Made by a program: the position numbers and the translations under genes | Notes under the pieces: generated by a model | Told to the model about the DNA's origin: nothing | Seen by the model: the letters and a program-made list of their open reading frames with translations, nothing else | The model's database searches: none | Shown: in pieces, positions 9,847-17,331 of the stretch | Position numbering within the stretch: position 1 is the first letter of the stretch | Layout of the letters: each line of letters opens with the position of its first letter | Assembly (NCBI GenBank): GCA_046290465.1 | Contig: JBKAGP010000001.1 | Span: 1,504,001-1,568,000, forward strand | Length of the DNA: 64,000 bases | Direction of reading: 5' to 3' | DNA from: Planctomycetota bacterium | GTDB lineage: Bacteria; Planctomycetota; UBA1135; UBA2386

Positions 9847-11523
9847 ATGCGTATCCGTGCCGCGCTGCTGACGTCCGCCCTCGCCACCGCCTCCGCGTTC
9901 GCCCAGCAGAGCGAGCTGCGCGAGCGCATCGAGACGTTCTCCGCGGACCTCGCCGACCTCAACCGCCGCTACGACACACCGATGTCGGACGAACGGCGCG
10001 ACCGGCTGCGCCGCCGCTACAACGAGGAGCTGCGCGCGCTCGACGGCCTCGACTTCGAGGCGCTCGCTCGCGACGGGCGCATCGACTGGATCCTGTTCGA
10101 GAACCACCTGCGGCGCGAGCTGCACGAACTGCAGGAGCAGCAGCGGCGCGACGCCGAGCTGGGCACGCTGCTGCCGTTCGCCGACCAGATCACCGCGCTG
10201 TGCGACGCGCGCCGCAAGCTCGACGGCGTCGACGCGCGCAAGACGGCCGAGATCGTCGACGGCATCGCCAGGAGTGCCGCCGAGGTGCGCGCCCGCCTGC
10301 AGCGGGGCGAACTCGACGACACCCCGCCGCCGATCCGCGAGCGCGCCGCGCGCCGCCTGTCCGAACTGCGCCGCGCGCTGCGCGGCTGGTTCCGCTACCG
10401 CGACGGCTACGACCCGCAGTTCTCGTGGTGGGTGCGCGCGCCGCACGAGCAGGCCGACACCGGCATCGAGCGTCTCGGCGCTGCGCTGCGCTCGCTGCCG
10501 CGCGGCCAGCAGGGCGTCGACCGCACGCTGATCGGCGACCCGATCGGCGACCAGGCGCTGCAGCAGGCGCTGGCGTTCGAGTGGATCCCCTACACCCCCG
10601 CCGAACTGGTCGCGATCGCCGAACGCGAGTTCGCCTGGTGCGACGAGGAGATGGCCAAGGCCACCGAGGAGCTCGGCTGCAAGGACTGGCGCGAGGCGCT
10701 GGAGAAGACCAAGCAGAGCCACCGAGACCCCGGCGAGCAGCCGCAGCTGATCAAGGAACTGGCGCACGAGGCCATCGACTTCCTCGAGCAGCGCGAGCTG
10801 CTGACGATCCCCGAACTCGCCAAGGAGTGCTGGCGCATGTCGATGATGTCGCGCGAGGCGCAGCGGGTGAACCCGTTCTTCCTCGGCGGCAACACCATCC
10901 AGGTCAGCTTTCCGACCGACGCGATGGCGCACATCGAGAAGCTGCAGGCGCTGCGCAGCAACAACGAGCACTTCTGCCGCGCGACCGTGCACCACGAACT
11001 GATCCCCGGCCACTGGCTGCAGCAGTACTCGCAGGCCCGCCACCGCACCTGGCGCGCGCCGTTCCGGACGCCGTTCTGGATGGAGGGCTGGGCGCTCTAC
11101 TGGGAGATGCGGCTCTACGACCTCGGCCTCGCCAAGAACGCGATGGACCGGGTCGGCATGCTCTACTGGCGCAAGCACCGCTGCGCGCGGATCGTGTTCT
11201 CGCTGAACTTCCACCTCGGCCGCTGGACCGGACCGCAGTGCGTCGAATACCTGATCGAGCGCGTCGGCCACGAGCGCGCCGCGGCCGAGGGGGAGGTGCG
11301 GCGCTCGGTCGGCGGCGCATATCCGCCGCTCTACCAGGCCGCCTACATGCTCGGCGGCCTGCAGATCCGGGCCCTGCACCAAGAGCTGGTGGTGTCCGGC
11401 GAGCGCACCGAGAAGCAGTTCCACGACGAGATCCTGCGCCACAACTCGATTCCGATCGCGGTGCTGCGGGCGGCAATGGCATCGCAGCCGCCGGCCCGCA
11501 GGCTGTCGCCCTGGCGATTCTGA
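9847..11523 (+). CDS. DUF885 family secreted protein (zincin-like)
   Basis: Signal peptide; HHELIPGH, EGWALYWE, YQAAYMLG motifs; TACCAT 6 nt before ATG. Confidence 0.88.
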   Translation: MRIRAALLTSALATASAFAQQSELRERIETFSADLADLNRRYDTPMSDERRDRLRRRYNEELRALDGLDFEALARDGRIDWILFENHLRRELHELQEQQRRDAELGTLLPFADQITALCDARRKLDGVDARKTAEIVDGIARSAAEVRARLQRGELDDTPPPIRERAARRLSELRRALRGWFRYRDGYDPQFSWWVRAPHEQADTGIERLGAALRSLPRGQQGVDRTLIGDPIGDQALQQALAFEWIPYTPAELVAIAEREFAWCDEEMAKATEELGCKDWREALEKTKQSHRDPGEQPQLIKELAHEAIDFLEQRELLTIPELAKECWRMSMMSREAQRVNPFFLGGNTIQVSFPTDAMAHIEKLQALRSNNEHFCRATVHHELIPGHWLQQYSQARHRTWRAPFRTPFWMEGWALYWEMRLYDLGLAKNAMDRVGMLYWRKHRCARIVFSLNFHLGRWTGPQCVEYLIERVGHERAAAEGEVRRSVGGAYPPLYQAAYMLGGLQIRALHQELVVSGERTEKQFHDEILRHNSIPIAVLRAAMASQPPARRLSPWRF

Positions 11524-11876
11524 GCGACCTCGGATGGAGCTGACCACCTGGTTGTTGGTGGCCGCGGCGACCGTGCACGGTCGGTCGGAACTCTGGTCCG
11601 CATTTCGTGAGGAACCGCCCGGCTTGGCCCTCCGGTGGCGCCCCAAGGCCAGCAGACGGCCTTGCCGACGGCTCTGGAGGCCGTGGCTGCCTCGTTGCGC
11701 GGCGGACCAACAGCCAAGTGATCCGTCGCCCTGGTGAGCGGACGCGGGCCGGCGAGAGGGTAAATCACAAGGCGAGGCCGGTCGGGGGTTTGCCTCCACC
11801 GGACAGATCGCCGATAACATCAGCCCGCGCACGGTCGTCCGTGCGCCAACACGCCCCACCAATGGAGCAAGACCCT

Positions 11877-12470
11877 ATGCGATTGACTGCAAGTGCCCTG
11901 CTTGCGGTGTGCGCTCTTGCGGCTCCGACCCTCGCCCAGACCAAGGGCCAGGAGATCAAGCCGAAGGTCGACACCGAAAAGCACTGGCGTATCGAGTGCT
12001 CGGGAATCGGCGGCTGAAGCGCGGCCGGCACCGCCCAGAGGGTCAGTTCGATCCTCAAGAAGCACAAGAACATCAAGAACCTGATCTTCGACACCACCGG
12101 TGGCGGGTACTTCCAGCTGAAGGACCCCAAGAAGGTGGTGGAGCTCGCCGACCTCAACCTGCTGCTCGAGAAGAAGCGCGCAGGCAAGAAGGTCCGCGTG
12201 CGCAAGCTCGAAGAGGTCGACCTCGAGAAGGCGGACATCGTCTACGAATGTTCGATCTCCGGCCTTGGTTGAGGGGGCACCGCCATCGAGACGCGTGACG
12301 TCTTGAAGAAGCTGGACGGTGTCATCCGCGTTCACCCGAACGGGGTGAACGGCAAGGCGCTGGTCTTCGTCAAGGACAAGAAGTCGCTGACGGAGGAGAA
12401 GGTGGAGACGGCCCTCAAGGCCACCAAGAAGCTCCGCCTGCGCAAGTTCAAGAAAGCCACCGACGTCTAG
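11877..12470 (+). CDS. Putative secreted selenoprotein with two tandem HMA-like domains and two in-frame UGA (Sec47, Sec132)
   Basis: GGAG SD at 11864-11867; signal peptide MRLTASALLAVCALAAPTLAQ; in-frame TGA at 12015 and 12270 within ECSGIGG*SAAGTA and ECSISGLG*GGTA; HMA-like sequence continues after each; host-like codon usage up to TAG 12468; strong hairpin follows. Confidence 0.8.
12038..12056 (+). promoter_or_regulatory. Candidate bacterial SECIS element 1
   Basis: GAGGGTC-AGTTC-GATCCTC: 7-bp stem, loop begins 27 nt after UGA 12015-12017, G at loop position 2. Confidence 0.6.
12286..12306 (+). promoter_or_regulatory. Candidate bacterial SECIS element 2
   Basis: TCGAGACG-CGTGA-CGTCTTGA: 8-bp stem, loop begins 21 nt after UGA 12270-12272, G at loop position 2. 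Confidence 0.65.
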
Positions 12471-12493
12471 TCGACGGCCGACTGACCGAACGC

Positions 12494-12532
12494 GAACGGG
12501 CCGCCACGTCCTCGAGACGTGGCGGCCCGTTC
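12494..12532. terminator. Strong hairpin between convergent genes (likely terminator)
   Basis: Perfect 17-bp stem GAACGGGCCGCCACGTC/GACGTGGCGGCCCGTTC, 5-nt loop, 23 nt after TAG 12470; U-tract weak. Confidence 0.7.
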
Positions 12533-12599
12533 TGCGTCGTGGTCGCGGCTCGACGGCCTCTACCGCCGCCGCGACGGACGGCAGGCGCGGCCCCGCACA

Positions 12600-13160
12600 T
12601 CACGCGGCAGCCGGCAGGCTGCCCAGACGCCGCACCGAGGCGGTCGTCGCGACGGCGGCGGCGACCACCGCGATGCCGAGCCCGATGTGCGGCCCGACCG
12701 GCCCGCCAAGCTGCGTGCAGGCGTAGAGCGAGAAGCAGGTCGCGAGCACCGAGCCCACCAGCGAGACCGTCACCATCGTTCGCGCCGATGCGTCGTCGGC
12801 CGACGACGCCACCAGCTGCAGCGTCGCCGAGACCGCGAGCAGGATCAGCACGGTGACGCCGACCCAGCTGTCGATGCCCGCGGCGGTGACCGTGCCCTGC
12901 ACGCCGAGGGTGCCGAACACGCCGTTCATCGCCTCGCCGAAGCCCGCCATCGGCGCGCCTTCGATCTGCACGTTGCCGAGTCGGCCGAACGCGTCGTTCG
13001 CCGCGTGGTCGAGGGCGGCGCCGAGCTTGGACAGGTCGACGCGGAACCACGGCAACAAGCACGCGATCGCGCCGGCGGCGGCGGCGAGGGCCGGGGTCAG
13101 GGCACCGGCGGTGGCGGGACGGGACGGGTACGGACGGGTGGCGGCAACGGCTTCGGGCAT
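12600..13160 (-). CDS. Hypothetical integral membrane protein (~4 TM)
   Basis: AAGGAG SD before ATG 13160; LLPWF motif and four hydrophobic helices. Confidence 0.7.
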   Translation of the reverse strand: MPEAVAATRPYPSRPATAGALTPALAAAAGAIACLLPWFRVDLSKLGAALDHAANDAFGRLGNVQIEGAPMAGFGEAMNGVFGTLGVQGTVTAAGIDSWVGVTVLILLAVSATLQLVASSADDASARTMVTVSLVGSVLATCFSLYACTQLGGPVGPHIGLGIAVVAAAVATTASVRRLGSLPAAA

Positions 13161-13308
13161 GTGGCTCCTTTTGAACGTGAGGGGGGCGACCGATCTCCTT
13201 CCACGGCGGTCGCGGCGAATGCGGCGCCCCCTACGCGTTCGGCCGGGATGATTTGCGGATCGTCGCCGGGTCGCAGGCCGCCGTGAGGAACGGTGCCCGG
13301 GCATTGCT

Positions 13309-13350
13309 CCTCCTACATTTTGTAGTAGACCTCCGACAAGATGTAGGAGG
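13309..13350. promoter_or_regulatory. BlaI/CopY-type operator (two TACA-N3-TGTA-like boxes)
   Basis: TACA-TTT-TGTA (13314-13324) and GACA-AGA-TGTA (13335-13345) inside inverted repeat CCTCCTACAT/ATGTAGGAGG, just upstream of the BlaI-family gene. Confidence 0.7.
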
Positions 13351-13371
13351 TATCGGCGACGATGGGCCGCG

Positions 13372-13785
13372 ATGGCATCCCGACGCAAGCAGGCCGACGA
13401 CCGCACGCCGCAGATCACCGAAGCCGAACTGACCGTGCTCAAGTCGTTCTGGAACGACGGGCCGGCGACCGTGCGCGACCTGCTGACCCGGCTCGGCACC
13501 GAGTGGGCCTACACCACCGTGCAGACGCTGGTGTCGCGGCTCGTCGACAAGGGCCACGTGCGCGCCGACCGCCGCGGCGTCGCCCACGTGTTCGCGGCCG
13601 CGCGCGACCGCGAGGAATTCGCCCAGCTGCGCGTCGAGGAGGTCGCCAGCTCGCTGCTCGACGGCGCGGTCGCGCCGCTGGTGCTGCGGCTGGTCGAGAA
13701 CGGCAGGTTCTCCACCGACGACATCAAGCACTTCCGCAAGCTGCTGCGCGACGCCGAGCAGCGCAACAAGGGAGGCGACGCGTGA
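13372..13785 (+). CDS. BlaI/MecI/CopY family transcriptional repressor
   Basis: ITEAELTVLKSFW, ATVRD, WAYTTVQTLVSRLVDKG winged-helix motifs. Confidence 0.93.
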   Translation: MASRRKQADDRTPQITEAELTVLKSFWNDGPATVRDLLTRLGTEWAYTTVQTLVSRLVDKGHVRADRRGVAHVFAAARDREEFAQLRVEEVASSLLDGAVAPLVLRLVENGRFSTDDIKHFRKLLRDAEQRNKGGDA

Positions 13786-15692
13786 CGTTCCTGCTCGCCA
13801 ACGCCGCGATCGCGACCCTGCTCGCGGCGATCGTCTACGCGGTCGGTCGGCTGGCCCGGCCGCAGCCGGCCGTCATGCACGGGCTGTGGCTGCTGGTCGT
13901 GCTCAAGCTGGTCACGCCGCCGCTGTTCGAAGTGCCGGTCGACGCCTCCTGGTGGCGCACGGCCGAGCCGGCCGCGCGCGAGGCGTCCGGAGCCAACGCG
14001 TCGCCCACCACCCTCGCCACGTCGCCGCCGCGGCTCGGCCCCGACGACGTCGTGACCGTGCACCCGCTGCCGCCGGCCGCAGCGGCCGCCGCCCCGCCGA
14101 GCGGGCTCGAAACGACGTTGCTGGTCGCGTGGACCTGCGCCAGCATGCTGGTGCTGCTGGTCACCGCCGCCGGTGCCCTGCGCGGAAGCCGGCGCCTGCG
14201 TGCGCTGGCGCCGGTGCCGCCTTGGTTGCGCCGCGAGGTCGAGCAGCTCGCCGCCCGCATGTCGCTGCGCGTTCCCGAGCTGTGCGACGACCCGAGCGCA
14301 GCGGGCCCCTACCTGTGGACGCTCGGCCGCACGCGGCTGGTGCTGCCGGCCAGGTTGCTGCAGCAGCAGCCAGAACGCGGCCGCGCCGCGGTGCTCGCCC
14401 ACGAGCTGGCCCACCTGCAGCGACGCGACCACTGGGTCGCGCGCGCCGAGGTGTTGCTGACCGCGGCGTTGTTCTGGCACCCGCTGTACTGGTTCGCGCG
14501 GGCCCGCATGCGCCTGTGGGCCGAGCTCGCCAGCGACGCGGTCGCGGTGCGCACGGTGCCCGGCGCGAGCCTCGAATACGCGTCGATGCTCGTCGACGCC
14601 GCCGCGCGTCCGGCGTCCCCATCCACCGGTCCGGTGACCGCGGTGCTCGCAGCGAGACCGTCGGCACGGGCCGCATTCGAACGGAGGTTGAAGATGATCC
14701 TGAACGAGAACCTGCCCCGCCGCGCCTCGCGCGCCTGGCTCCTGCCCTTTGCCGGCCTGTTCGCCGGCCTGTTCGCCCTGCCGGTCACGGCACAGGACCC
14801 AAAGCCGCGCGAGACCGTCAAGGTCGAGATACGCGTCAACGGCAAGAAGGTCGAGGGACTGACCGGCGCGCAGCAGAAGGCCCTGCTCGAGCTGCTGCAG
14901 CAACGCGACGGCCAGAGCCGGGATCGCGCGGCCGGAAGGCGCCGCGCCAGCGAGCGCGCCGGGCGGATCGTCGACCGTTCGCGTCGGCCGGGCATCCGCG
15001 TCGACGGCAGCATCGGCGAAGAGATGCGCCGGGGTCTGGCCGAGGCGCGGCGTGAGATCCAGAAGGACCAGGACCTGGCCGAGCTCGGCATCACCGACGA
15101 GGTCGTCAAGATGATCGACGGCATCGCCAACGGCGACGGCATCGAGCAGCACCTCGACGGCGTCATCAAGGCCGCGATGGAAGGCGCCGGCGACCTGGTG
15201 CTCGACGAGCTCGAGAACGACCCCGACCTGCAGAAGCTCGGCCTCGACAAGGGCATCGCCAACCTGGTGAAGGGCTTCCTCGGCAACCAGCACAACCAGC
15301 GCATGATCGGCGACCTCGCCCGCACGGCGATCGACTCGGCGCTCTCCGAAGCACGCGCCGAGATCCGCAACGACCAGGACCTCGCCAGGCTCGGCATCGC
15401 CGGCGACGTCGAGAAGCTGATCGACTCGGTGATCTCGGGCGGCGGCGACTTCGAGGGCGACCTGGAGCGCGTCGTCGAGCGCGCGATGAAGGCCGCGATC
15501 GAGCCCGAAGGCCGTTCGCCGCGCACGCGCGGCAAGCTGCGCGTCGGCCGGAAGCCGCAGCAGCCGAAGGCCGAGCAACAGCCCGCCGACCGCGAACTGC
15601 GCGAACTCGAGCGCGCCCTCGAGCAGGCCAACGCCGAGCTCGAACGCGCCAAGGCCCGCCTCGACGAGCTGCGCCGCCAGCGCCGTCGCTAG
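13782..15692 (+). CDS. M56 (BlaR1/MecR1) family membrane metallopeptidase with a helical-repeat C-terminal domain
   Basis: GTGA overlap with repressor; LWLLVVLKLVTPP, LAHELAHLQRRD, FWHPL, ELASD, FERRLKMIL. Confidence 0.9.
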   Translation: MTFLLANAAIATLLAAIVYAVGRLARPQPAVMHGLWLLVVLKLVTPPLFEVPVDASWWRTAEPAAREASGANASPTTLATSPPRLGPDDVVTVHPLPPAAAAAAPPSGLETTLLVAWTCASMLVLLVTAAGALRGSRRLRALAPVPPWLRREVEQLAARMSLRVPELCDDPSAAGPYLWTLGRTRLVLPARLLQQQPERGRAAVLAHELAHLQRRDHWVARAEVLLTAALFWHPLYWFARARMRLWAELASDAVAVRTVPGASLEYASMLVDAAARPASPSTGPVTAVLAARPSARAAFERRLKMILNENLPRRASRAWLLPFAGLFAGLFALPVTAQDPKPRETVKVEIRVNGKKVEGLTGAQQKALLELLQQRDGQSRDRAAGRRRASERAGRIVDRSRRPGIRVDGSIGEEMRRGLAEARREIQKDQDLAELGITDEVVKMIDGIANGDGIEQHLDGVIKAAMEGAGDLVLDELENDPDLQKLGLDKGIANLVKGFLGNQHNQRMIGDLARTAIDSALSEARAEIRNDQDLARLGIAGDVEKLIDSVISGGGDFEGDLERVVERAMKAAIEPEGRSPRTRGKLRVGRKPQQPKAEQQPADRELRELERALEQANAELERAKARLDELRRQRRR

Positions 15693-15700
15693 GAGCGCGG

Positions 15701-17221
15701 CTACTGCCGGTAGCCGCGCACGCCGCGCTCGGACCGCACCAGCACGTCGAGCATCGCGGCCATCTCGGCGACCCGCTGCGGCTGTTCGGCCGCGAGGTCG
15801 CGCTGCTCGCCGACGTCGCTCGCGAGGTCGTAGAGCTCGGCCTTGCGGTTGCGGCTGCGCGGCCGGATCAGCTTCCAGTCGCCGATGCGCAGCGCCAGCC
15901 GCCGCGCCTCCTCGATCAAGAACGGCACCCCGTCCGGATCCTGGCCGAGGAACGCCGCCAGCGTGTCGCGCGAGTCGATCGCCTGGTCGTCCGGCAGTTG
16001 GTAGCCGAGCATGGCCGCGAACGACGCCAGCAGGTCGATCTGGTTGACGGTCGCGTCGCTGACGCCCGGCTGCACCCGGCCCGGCCAGCGCACCAGCAGC
16101 GGCACGCGCGTGCCGCCTTCGTAGACCTGGTACTTGCCGCCGCGGAACGGCCCCGAACCGTCGTGGCCGCGATCGCGTTCCTTCGTCGACGTCAACACCT
16201 CGGTGCCGTCGACGTAGCCGTCGTCGTAGACCGGGCCGTTGTCGGACGAGAAGATCACGATCGTGTGCTCCGCCAGTCCGCCGCGATCGAGCGCGCGCAG
16301 CAGCTGCCCGCAGGCCCAGTCGAGCTGCACCATCGCGTCGCCGCGATGCCCGAGTTCGCTCTTGCCGCGGAACCGGCGGTGCGGCGCGCGCGGCACGTGG
16401 ATGTCCTGCGAGGAGAAATAGAGGAAGAACGGCTTGCCGGGCCGCTGCTGCTGCAGCCACGCGACCGCCTTGTCGACGAACACGTCGGCCATCGTCTCGT
16501 CGCTCCACACCGCGCTGCGGCCACCCCACATGTAGCCGATGCGACCGATGCCGCCGATCACCGACTGGTCGTGGCCGTGGCTCGACGGGTAGTAGGTCAT
16601 CGCCGAGCGGTCCTTGCGGCCGTCGGGATAGACCGTGCCGGAGAAGCCCTGCGGCCGCTTGCCGACGAACAGCGGATCGGCCGGGTCGAGCCCGACGACG
16701 GCGTGGCCCTCGAGGTAGACGCACGGCACGCGGTCGTTGGTCGACGGCATCAAGAACGAGTAGTCGAAGCCGACCTCGAGCGGTCCGGGCCCGACCTTGC
16801 CGTTCCAGTCGACCGGTCGCTGGCCGTCGCCGATGCCGAGGTGCCACTTGCCGACGACCGCGGTGCGATAGCCGTTCGCGCGGAAGACCTCGGGCAACGT
16901 CAGCATGCCTGGGCGGATCGTCATCGGCGCATTCGGCGGCAGCACCCGGACGCCGTGGCGGAAGCCGTGCCGGCCGGTCAGCAGCGAGAACCGCGACGGC
17001 GTGCAGGTCGCCGCCGAGCAATGGCCGTCGGTGAAGCGCAGCCCCTGGCGGGCGAGCCGGTCGAGGTTCGGGGTCGGGATCTTCTCGGCGCCGTAGCAGC
17101 CGAGGTCGCCGTAGCCGACGTCGTCGCCGTAGATCACGACCACGTTCGGGCGGGCGTCCTGGCTCGGCAGCGACGGGCCGAGCAGCAGCGACGAGAGCAG
17201 CAGGAACAGGCGCAGGCGCAT
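15701..17221 (-). CDS. Arylsulfatase (formylglycine-dependent)
   Basis: PNVVVIYGDDVGYGD, CTPSRFSLLTGR, GKWHLG, SSDNGP, YEGGTRVP. Confidence 0.95.
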   Translation of the reverse strand: MRLRLFLLLSSLLLGPSLPSQDARPNVVVIYGDDVGYGDLGCYGAEKIPTPNLDRLARQGLRFTDGHCSAATCTPSRFSLLTGRHGFRHGVRVLPPNAPMTIRPGMLTLPEVFRANGYRTAVVGKWHLGIGDGQRPVDWNGKVGPGPLEVGFDYSFLMPSTNDRVPCVYLEGHAVVGLDPADPLFVGKRPQGFSGTVYPDGRKDRSAMTYYPSSHGHDQSVIGGIGRIGYMWGGRSAVWSDETMADVFVDKAVAWLQQQRPGKPFFLYFSSQDIHVPRAPHRRFRGKSELGHRGDAMVQLDWACGQLLRALDRGGLAEHTIVIFSSDNGPVYDDGYVDGTEVLTSTKERDRGHDGSGPFRGGKYQVYEGGTRVPLLVRWPGRVQPGVSDATVNQIDLLASFAAMLGYQLPDDQAIDSRDTLAAFLGQDPDGVPFLIEEARRLALRIGDWKLIRPRSRNRKAELYDLASDVGEQRDLAAEQPQRVAEMAAMLDVLVRSERGVRGYRQ

Positions 17222-17331
17222 CGCCGCAGCCTACGGCGCGGCCCCGCGCGCCCGCCGTCGCAGCCGTCACTTTTTCGCGGCGGCACCACCGCCCTTGCCC
17301 GGCACCCGCACGACGCGGCTATCCTGCGGCG

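Noticed and set aside
11607..12017. 136-aa ORF in the track ending at TGA 12017, plus overlapping short ORFs (11765-12238, 11820-12335, 11909-12298)
   Set aside because: These are fragments or shadows of the single read-through gene 11877-12470; the SD and signal peptide support ATG 11877.
11877..12470. Alternative genetic code (UGA = Trp or Gly) as the cause of the in-frame TGAs
   Set aside because: Many intact genes here end at TGA, including ATGA/GTGA overlaps (3351-3354, 13782-13785, 26740-26743), so UGA is a normal stop and recoding must be site-specific.
13362..13781. N-terminal extension of the M56 ORF from ATG 13362, preceded by AGGAGG
   Set aside because: It overlaps the BlaI gene in another frame and is Arg/Ala junk-like; GTG 13782 has its own GGAGG and a GTGA overlap, and the upstream AGGAGG is part of the operator repeat.
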